This document shows, in pieces, positions 57,538 to 64,000 of a stretch of DNA of 64,000 bases (the stretch's first letter is position 1; each line of letters opens with the position of its first letter). The position numbers were made by a program, and so were the translations under genes. The stretch lies in IMG/VR virus record IMGVR_UViG_3300020057_001232, positions 54,062 through 118,061 of that record. One strand, written 5' to 3'. The notes under the pieces were generated by a model. That model was not told where the DNA came from. It ran no database searches and saw nothing but the letters and a program-made list of their open reading frames with translations. This stretch comes from a virus.

Positions 57538-57686
57538 GTAGAACGGTTCAAGTAATGTACGCAAAATTCTTTGCCAGAAAGTATGAGTTTCTGTGCCCTA
57601 CCATTGGGCGAGTTCCCCACAGTGAGGGGAGCCCAGGAATCGAACCTAGATTTGCTTGTATGCGTTCGTCGGGGGAACCGATCTAC
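57538..57686 (-). ncRNA. Y RNA-like structured RNA #3 with circularly permuted tRNA domain (anticodon CAT)
   Basis: GTAGATCGGTTC-CCCC-GACGAACGCA-TACAAGCA; T-arm CTAGG-TTCGATT-CCTGG; GCTCCCC-loop-GGGGAAC; GCCC/GGGC D-arm; CAGAAA-CTCATAC-TTTCTG; then TGCGTACATT-ACTT-GAACCGTTCTAC. Confidence 0.82.
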
Positions 57687-57692
57687 AAAATA

Positions 57693-57722
57693 AGCCTAAC
57701 GTAAGTTCTTACTGGTTGTCAA
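57693..57722 (-). promoter_or_regulatory. sigma70-like promoter for RNA #3
   Basis: TTGACA-N18-TAGGCT, 6 nt before the first paired base. Confidence 0.65.
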
Positions 57723-57737
57723 ACTCTTTTGTGGCTC

Positions 57738-57956
57738 TTAAGCAAGACTATCAAAAACTTCCTTCACACCGTCCCAATAGTCAGCCGTATATTTGGTGTG
57801 GTCAAAGTCTTCCCCGTCTAAGTTCTCGACGAGCATCATATTGAGGTTGTCGTTAAGTTTCTTGTCGAGATCTTTTGCAAGCTCGGAAGCGATCTCTTGC
57901 CCCGCTTTGAAGCCTGGACTTTGTTCGGCTGCCGTAATTTTTTTACAAAAACGCAT
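57738..57956 (-). CDS. small acidic protein with leader motif
   Basis: MRFCKKITAA; coupled to carD. Confidence 0.6.
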   Translation of the reverse strand: MRFCKKITAAEQSPGFKAGQEIASELAKDLDKKLNDNLNMMLVENLDGEDFDHTKYTADYWDGVKEVFDSLA

Positions 57957-58489
57957 CACTTTACCACTTTAAGATGACTGCGCTCTTCCTTAGGAAAGAG
58001 CTTGGCGTTGATAGCACTTTCTACATCTGCCGCCGACTTCTTAAGAACGAGACCTAGCTCTTCTGAGACCAAGCTCATTGACTTATCAAACATCTTCAAT
58101 TCGCCATACGAAAAGTCTTTGTGACTTTTGATACCTGCTAGCTCCATAAGCACTTCGGCGTGATCCTTTGCAGATCCAGTACGAAGCTTATCCATCAAGT
58201 CTCTGAATTGGCGATTCCAAGTCGTAGGACTAGAGTCCTTCGCTTTGATTGAATTGAAAATGCTTTTAGCTTCCGTCTCGGAGATCAGCTTACGGAGCAT
58301 TTCGGCTTCTCTGCCTGGAAGAACGATCAGCGTTGCCGAAGAGTCCGTGATCTTCACGACGATCTTACCCTCTTCAACCTTAGTGATCTTGCCAACGCCG
58401 TGAGCGGGAACAACTACGTCTTCACCGACTTTGTAAGTCGCAGCGGCGACGACGGTGTACTTAGCGGTGATTTTCTTTCTGACGGTCAT
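57956..58489 (-). CDS. carD: CarD/CdnL-family RNA polymerase-binding regulator
   Basis: YKVGEDVVVPAHGVGKI (RID domain), LRKLIS, WNRQFR...KLRTGS. Confidence 0.88.
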   Translation of the reverse strand: MTVRKKITAKYTVVAAATYKVGEDVVVPAHGVGKITKVEEGKIVVKITDSSATLIVLPGREAEMLRKLISETEAKSIFNSIKAKDSSPTTWNRQFRDLMDKLRTGSAKDHAEVLMELAGIKSHKDFSYGELKMFDKSMSLVSEELGLVLKKSAADVESAINAKLFPKEERSHLKVVK

Positions 58490-58550
58490 AGCTGTGCCCT
58501 TTTGGTAGATTCACTTTCAAACTAATCTTCAACTTATTAAGGAAAGTTAT

Positions 58551-58799
58551 ATGCGTAAGGAAGTCATCGCTCTAGGTCAGCATCTCCAAGTTCTCGAAGA
58601 CGCCCGCCGTGCAGGTATCGTATTCGCAGGAAAACTCCGCTCGCTTGCGGCTGATGTTAAGCAGTCTGAGATCAGCGAAAAAGTCTTACAAGAATTTGAA
58701 CAATTTAAAAAAAGTATCAAAAAAGGTCATGAAGTATCAGAAGAGCTAGCCGCTAAGTATTTCCTTAAAGGATTTCAAGAAAGCTACTTCGACGATTAA
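58551..58799 (+). CDS. hypothetical protein
   Basis: AAGGA RBS. Confidence 0.6.
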   Translation: MRKEVIALGQHLQVLEDARRAGIVFAGKLRSLAADVKQSEISEKVLQEFEQFKKSIKKGHEVSEELAAKYFLKGFQESYFDD

Positions 58800-58832
58800 T
58801 GGTAAGCCATAACCCGCAGTATTACCTAGCTT

Positions 58833-58854
58833 CCTGTGGATAACCTGTGGGTAA
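58833..58854. promoter_or_regulatory. tandem DnaA-box-like sites
   Basis: TGTGGATAA (58835-58843, perfect) and TGTGGGTAA (58846-58854). Confidence 0.45.
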
Positions 58855-58869
58855 CTAACTCCTTGAAAA

Positions 58870-60123
58870 TTGCTAGAAATTCGACTACAAGTCCCCCATC
58901 GTCCAAAGCTATTGGTAAAAGGGAGTTTGTCGTTGGGTGTTCAAAATTTCAGCAGCAGCGGCGAGGCTTCGGTTGAGCTTTGGGGAGCCAAAGCTTTTCG
59001 TCTTTTTGAAGCTCGACACTTCTTCTCACACCCCGGCTTCGTCATCACATCGGACGAAAGCCTCACCGTCTTTAAAGAACTAGGCATTGATGCTTTATTA
59101 AGCAGCTTAGATCCCGAAAACCTCGACGAGCTGCTTTTGGTAAGTAGTAAAATCAAGGATCTCGTGGCTGGTTATCCTTTCCCCTCAAGGCTTTCAGAGG
59201 AACTCTCTGGGATTTCCCAGAACAAACGTATTGAATACGCCGTTCGGTCCTCGGCAGTGCTTGAAGATACGCCTCGGCTGAGCTTCGCCGGGCAGTACGA
59301 CAGCTACTTGCATGTCCACCGCAGGGAGCTTGCAGACTACGTTAAGCTCGTTTGGGCATCGCTTTACAGCGCCCGTGCGATCAGCTACCGGCATCACAAC
59401 AACTTGCCTAAGAGTGGGCATTCGATTGCGGTTTTGATCCAAGAGATGTTTGACGGTGTGAGTGGTGTTCTTTTTACGGTGAACCCCGACACGGCTGCTA
59501 ACGAGCTTTTTATCCAAGCTGCTTGGAACGGTGTCGTCAACGGCAAGAGTAATGCTTCGACCTTTATAGTCAAAGATGTCAGCGAGATCAGGGAGCACGC
59601 TCCTTACTTGACTAAGACGGACGTTCAAAGCTTGTACGTCTACGCTCATTGTCTTATGAAGAAATTCGGTCCTGAGCTTGACATCGAGTGGGTAAAAAGT
59701 GAACAGCTCGGCATCATCCCCCTTCAAGTCAGACCTCTTACCAAAGTTAGCTCGGGCACGGTTTATATCCCTTCCAACGGTCAGATCCCTATTTTGATCG
59801 GAGCTGGGATTGGAATGGGGATAACAAGGGGTGAAGTGTACAAACCTGAATCACCATTTGACAAAAACTTTAAACCGGGCTTCATTCTAGTGGCTCGTGA
59901 CACTAGCCCTGATTGGGAACCTCTTATGAGGTTGGCGTCTGCCATCGTAACGGACCACGGCTGCCGGACCTCACACGCAGCTCTCGTTGCGGCTGAGATG
60001 GCTCTGCCTGCGGTTGTGGGTACCAGCGATGCTACTACGTCGCTAGCGAACGGTCAGGTAATTAGTTTGGAAATTTCCGAATCGTTAGGATTCGTTTTTG
60101 GAGGACGGACACACCATGGGTAG
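58870..60123 (+). CDS. PEP synthase/dikinase-like protein (ATP-grasp and phospho-His domains only)
   Basis: AVRSSA..ED...SFAGQY, DIEW, LQVRP, TDHGCRTSHAA; no C-terminal pyruvate-binding barrel. Confidence 0.85.
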   Translation: MLEIRLQVPHRPKLLVKGSLSLGVQNFSSSGEASVELWGAKAFRLFEARHFFSHPGFVITSDESLTVFKELGIDALLSSLDPENLDELLLVSSKIKDLVAGYPFPSRLSEELSGISQNKRIEYAVRSSAVLEDTPRLSFAGQYDSYLHVHRRELADYVKLVWASLYSARAISYRHHNNLPKSGHSIAVLIQEMFDGVSGVLFTVNPDTAANELFIQAAWNGVVNGKSNASTFIVKDVSEIREHAPYLTKTDVQSLYVYAHCLMKKFGPELDIEWVKSEQLGIIPLQVRPLTKVSSGTVYIPSNGQIPILIGAGIGMGITRGEVYKPESPFDKNFKPGFILVARDTSPDWEPLMRLASAIVTDHGCRTSHAALVAAEMALPAVVGTSDATTSLANGQVISLEISESLGFVFGGRTHHG

Positions 60124-60430
60124 CGGTAAAGACAACATGAAGACGACGGCAGCGGCGGACCCCAAAGGAGCGGACACGCTCTTAGGTAAGCTGACAAATT
60201 GGACCAGCAAGAAAGGTGGCGGCAAACCGAAAACAGCAGAGAACTTTGCTGATAACGTCGCCAACGCCCACGCCAAGCTTCAGACTTTGCTTGCGACGAA
60301 GAAAGCCGATCTCCTTAACGAAAAAAACCGTGAGGACTATAACCGCCAAGCTGTGGCAATTTTAAACACGATGAACCATCACCTCGAAGACACGATGGAT
60401 TTGATCTGTGAGTATGCGGAGTTGACATGA
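60116..60430 (+). CDS. hypothetical protein
   Basis: GGAGG RBS. Confidence 0.6.
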   Translation: MGSGKDNMKTTAAADPKGADTLLGKLTNWTSKKGGGKPKTAENFADNVANAHAKLQTLLATKKADLLNEKNREDYNRQAVAILNTMNHHLEDTMDLICEYAELT

Positions 60431-60954
60431 AGCGTCAGGATCTTGAGTGTGGAAGCTGTTCATACGGCGAAGAGCGTTACTGCGACAACGACCAAAGCTA
60501 CGACGGCGATCCTTGCCCGTCATGTCAAAACGATATGTTTGTCAAAAACGAAGCTGCTGATGATGATGATGACTCTTATACTCCTGGCGAGCTTGAAAGC
60601 GAAACCATCTCGCTTACCGATAAGCTCATTAGGGTAACGCAGGGTCATTTCAAAAAAGGTGTTGGCGACAAAGAGATGAGCGTCATCTTAGGAGCGATGA
60701 TTTCCTACGTCGGAAACTCCTGCACTCAGATCTCCGAGGGCTTCTTGGGGATGCCTGAGACGGACGACCAAAGGGCAGCCTTAAAAATGCTTCAGACGGC
60801 GTACATCACTTCGGTACGGGAAGGTTTGGGGTCGGTCTTAGACCACCTCGGCACCTCCGTTCAAAACGCTACCATGCTTTTAGGCTTTCAACCGAGCGGA
60901 GCCGTGAAGATGGAAATGGTCGATAAGACCGTTGCCAAGGAGACGATGAATTGA
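60427..60954 (+). CDS. Zn-ribbon hypothetical protein
   Basis: CGSC...CPSC; coupled. Confidence 0.65.
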   Translation: MKRQDLECGSCSYGEERYCDNDQSYDGDPCPSCQNDMFVKNEAADDDDDSYTPGELESETISLTDKLIRVTQGHFKKGVGDKEMSVILGAMISYVGNSCTQISEGFLGMPETDDQRAALKMLQTAYITSVREGLGSVLDHLGTSVQNATMLLGFQPSGAVKMEMVDKTVAKETMN

Positions 60955-61256
60955 CCGAAGTCAAACGCCGCAAGGAAGAATTTTACTGTGACCCAGGTGG
61001 TGGCGGGTGCGGGATGTATTTCTCGACGTACCTCCGTGACAATATGAACGGTGCGTACACGATACAGTGTCCGAAGCCTGCTTGTAACCATAAGCACTTC
61101 CGTAAGATCGTAAACGGGCTCGTGACGACCGACAGAGACTACTCAGCTCAAAAGCACAACGAGATCTTGGTCGGTCTAGAAAGTACCCTGAGAGCAACCC
61201 CTTTCCACGCCTCGCCTGAAAATAAGCGCAGTGCTATGAGGGCTCTTAGGTCATGA
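60951..61256 (+). CDS. Zn-binding hypothetical protein
   Basis: C..C / CP..C.H.H. Confidence 0.65.
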   Translation: MTEVKRRKEEFYCDPGGGGCGMYFSTYLRDNMNGAYTIQCPKPACNHKHFRKIVNGLVTTDRDYSAQKHNEILVGLESTLRATPFHASPENKRSAMRALRS

Positions 61257-61663
61257 TGATCGTAAACCGTACCACAACGCAAATAGCTGAAAAACGGTTT
61301 GAAGAGTTCAAGGTCATCTTCGGCACGGCTCCGAAAGAAAACGTTGTCAAATTCTTTTCGGAGCTTAACTACCCCAAGCACGATACCGTCAACACGGGCA
61401 ATTCCTCACAAAACGATAAGCATACGTTCTCAAGGCTCCACCACCACAACGAGCCTGAGATCAGGCTTTGTCTCTCAAGCGTCAACGCACGCTTCGGGTT
61501 TAAGAAATACAACGACACCATTGAAGTGACGTTGGAACCTTACGAATTTATTATGATACCAGCCTTTACGCCGCACTACTTCATTGGTGACGGCGAATAC
61601 ATGCGTTTCTTTAAAGAGGACAGCAAAGGTTGGGAACCCCTTTTCGAGGAGATAGCAAAATGA
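61253..61663 (+). CDS. acireductone dioxygenase-like cupin
   Basis: HxH...E.R, IPA.TPHYF, RFF....GW motifs. Confidence 0.6.
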   Translation: MMIVNRTTTQIAEKRFEEFKVIFGTAPKENVVKFFSELNYPKHDTVNTGNSSQNDKHTFSRLHHHNEPEIRLCLSSVNARFGFKKYNDTIEVTLEPYEFIMIPAFTPHYFIGDGEYMRFFKEDSKGWEPLFEEIAK

Positions 61664-62163
61664 ACCTCGCACCGATGATCGTTGAATGGGATGACAACCT
61701 CCCTAAAGAAGTCGAAGACGCCAAAAAGGTCTACCAAGCAGCTAGGGCTCAGCAGCGGACGATAACGACACTTGAAGGGGCTCTAATTGAGCACTTCCAC
61801 CCTCGGCTGTTAGGCTTTCGGATTGAAGGTCCGTCGCTGGCGTCTAACCAATTCGCTGCCCGCTTCTTCAACGAGACCGGCGACGAGACGCTAGTGTGGG
61901 ACTCCTCCGACTCCAAAGAAGTAAAAGAAGCGGCGGAACGCTTCACCAAATATTTGAATAAGGGCTACAGAGCCTTCGCCGTCAGTGCTGACGGTGCCCT
62001 CAAAAGGCAGATCACGCACTTCAATGCCGATCTTGAAGAGATCACCTTCGTAGAAGTTAGGTCGCAAGCAACCTTCACCGAGAAGGTCAAAGACTTCATC
62101 AAAGCCTTCGCACCGCTTCCTGCACCGGTTGTCCAAGTTCTTCCACCTACATATCCGGGGTAA
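61660..62163 (+). CDS. hypothetical protein
   Basis: GAGGAG RBS. Confidence 0.65.
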   Translation: MNLAPMIVEWDDNLPKEVEDAKKVYQAARAQQRTITTLEGALIEHFHPRLLGFRIEGPSLASNQFAARFFNETGDETLVWDSSDSKEVKEAAERFTKYLNKGYRAFAVSADGALKRQITHFNADLEEITFVEVRSQATFTEKVKDFIKAFAPLPAPVVQVLPPTYPG

Positions 62164-62166
62164 CTT

Positions 62167-63117
62167 ATGGCTACCAATGCAAACCTTATGGTGTTCCCCG
62201 AAGTCGAAGCTCCGGCAAAATGGGCTGCGGTGGAAAAGCCGACCTACACTAAGGCATTCCCAACGCTTGACGGTAACGACCGCTTTTGGTCGTCTCTCAG
62301 TGGGACGGGGACTTCTGAGAATTTGCTGAAAATTTATACGGGACAAAACGGCTACACGGCTAGTACGGTGGGTGACGTAACGTGGAGCACGGGTGCTACT
62401 GCCGTTACAAGCAGTAGCCTTGGTAGGACGATCTCGATAGGTGACAAAATCGAATCGTGGATGACCGACAGCACTGGCAGCATTTCTCTTATCACAGGTG
62501 ATAGTGTTAGAATTGACGGCAGCCAAGTTATAATTACTAACGGAAGCCACTACAACTACATCTATGGTCCGTCACCTGTTCAACAGGCTTACCTTAGGCA
62601 GCAGCAGTTACGGCAAGCCATACGAAGCAACCTCCTCATCAGAGTTCGAGGGGGGAACCGTAGTGCTCTAGCTAACGGCGTCCCGCCTCAGGAGCTTAAA
62701 GCACGCAACACGTTGAGAGACATGCTGTCGGAAGCTGAGTACCGCCGTTACCTCACCAACAGCTTCATCATGGTTCGGGGAGCCTCTAACCGCTGGTACC
62801 AGATCTTCAACGACAGATCGCGTATTGTGCAGGTCTACGAAAAGAACGTGAAGGTTGGAACGCTTTGCATCCACACCCTCCGTGAGTGCCCACCTTCTGA
62901 CCACGTCATCAACATGAAGGTGCTCATCGAACTTGATGAGGCAGGCTTCCTGAAGCTTGGCAACTACCGTGACTTCACGAAGGACGCAGCCTTTTCTTTT
63001 GGCGTCACAGCAGATGGAGCTAGGCGAGAAGGTGAAGCTTTAGCCAAGTTTGCTCAAAGGCTTCGCGTCGAACTGCCATCGTTTACGATAAGGGAAGGAA
63101 TTTCTCTTGCCTGCTAA
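62167..63117 (+). CDS. hypothetical protein
   Basis: 316 aa; C-terminal 'LCIH...PPSDH' motif. Confidence 0.65.
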   Translation: MATNANLMVFPEVEAPAKWAAVEKPTYTKAFPTLDGNDRFWSSLSGTGTSENLLKIYTGQNGYTASTVGDVTWSTGATAVTSSSLGRTISIGDKIESWMTDSTGSISLITGDSVRIDGSQVIITNGSHYNYIYGPSPVQQAYLRQQQLRQAIRSNLLIRVRGGNRSALANGVPPQELKARNTLRDMLSEAEYRRYLTNSFIMVRGASNRWYQIFNDRSRIVQVYEKNVKVGTLCIHTLRECPPSDHVINMKVLIELDEAGFLKLGNYRDFTKDAAFSFGVTADGARREGEALAKFAQRLRVELPSFTIREGISLAC

Positions 63118-63346
63118 GACACCACAAGACTGCCTCCACTGCGAGGGTCTAGCGAAGTGCGTTAAGAGCCATATTACGAAGCTGTGGGATGTCTGCTGCA
63201 TTGAGTGCGGCATCTCGACGCCTCCCACTGACACCAAAGAACGAGCGCTCAGCGTTTGGAATAGAAAGGTGGGAGAGCCATGTTCGGAGGTGCGGTCACC
63301 GTTACGCCAGACTTCAAAGTCCAAAAGCAAATCAGTGCCCTTTTAA
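63107..63346 (+). CDS. Lar-like (restriction alleviation) Zn-finger protein
   Basis: CLHC...CIECG....T.E.A...WNR. Confidence 0.5.
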   Translation: MPAKTPQDCLHCEGLAKCVKSHITKLWDVCCIECGISTPPTDTKERALSVWNRKVGEPCSEVRSPLRQTSKSKSKSVPF

Positions 63347-63536
63347 AGGAGTCATCGTCACTTTCATATGGATGTTCTCGCCATCTGAAAGCCTAGGGAG
63401 TTGAGGACCATTCGTTCAAAGTAGTCATAACTTTCTCACGCATTGCGCCACCTGACGATCGCGTGGTCACAACCCTAGCTTCAAGATAAAGGAGAATCAG
63501 CTTATGAAGCTTTCGTCCCGTTTTTTCCGCACAAAA

Positions 63537-63818
63537 ATGAAATACGTAATCGTCCGCACACAATCTGCCGGCGTCTTTGCTGGCGAGCTAGAGTCACGCA
63601 CAGGACAAGAGGTCGTCATGCGAAACGCTCGAAGGTTGTGGTACTGGTCCGGCGCGGCGAGTCTCAGTCAGCTCGCAGTGGACGGACCGCAATGCCCTTT
63701 AGATTGTAAATTCCCTGTCGCAGTCGAGCGCGTTGAGCTGCTACAGGCAGTCGAAATTTTAGACGTGACGCCGATTGCGCGTTTGGCGATTGAGAGCGTG
63801 CCGGTATGGAAACGATGA
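63537..63818 (+). CDS. DUF6948-like phage protein
   Basis: YVIVRTQSAGVFAG...ARRLWYWSGAASLSQLA. Confidence 0.75.
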   Translation: MKYVIVRTQSAGVFAGELESRTGQEVVMRNARRLWYWSGAASLSQLAVDGPQCPLDCKFPVAVERVELLQAVEILDVTPIARLAIESVPVWKR

Positions 63819-64000
63819 CCGGCGAAGGCTACGGCTACGACTCCGGCGAAGGCTACGGCTTCGGCGAAGGCTTCGCCTTCGGCGAAGGCTCCGACTCCGG
63901 CGAAGGCTACGGCTTCGGCGAAGGCTCCGGCTTCGGCTCCGACTCCGGCGAAGGCTCCGGCTCCGGCTACGGCTCCGGCTCCGGCTTCGGCTCCGACTCC
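63815..64000 (+). CDS. Gly-X dipeptide repeat protein (partial)
   Basis: ATGA coupling; GGC-NNN hexamer repeats (GEGYGYDSGEGYGF...); runs off the window. Confidence 0.7.
   Translation, partial: MTGEGYGYDSGEGYGFGEGFAFGEGSDSGEGYGFGEGSGFGSDSGEGSGSGYGSGSGFGSDS

Noticed and set aside
56761-57844. Short ORFs 56761-57093, 56966-57151, 57507-57704, 57656-57844
   Set aside because: They overlap the structured RNAs and their signals; no protein-like features.

Overview
A 64-kb segment of a large (jumbo-type) tailed dsDNA phage. It carries an intein-split terminase, neck and fibre-like structural genes, class Ia NrdA/NrdB, DHFR, an actin-like ATPase, CarD, a CCA-adding-type nucleotidyltransferase, Pth2, three canonical tRNAs and a minimal JAB + E1 ubiquitin-like module. 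Several exported proteins and lipoproteins point to a diderm host, possibly Bdellovibrionota (inference). The main unannotated signal is a family of three ~140-150 nt structured RNAs (57-194 +, 56975-57112 -, 57538-57686 -). All three share one scaffold: closing stem, CCYC/ACUU 4x4 internal loop, 10-bp stem, UACAAGCA. One carries a normally ordered tRNA domain. The other two carry circularly permuted tRNA domains with looped acceptor stems and intact anticodon arms, so they are Y RNA/YrlA-like but distinct. Other notable items are a leader-peptide attenuator ahead of tRNA(CAU) and tRNA-Ile, a shared N-terminal leader on several proteins including CarD, an AAGATTAA putative late promoter, 48-bp frame-preserving IS200/IS605-type mini-elements, and a GT2 synthase paired with an outer-membrane protein.
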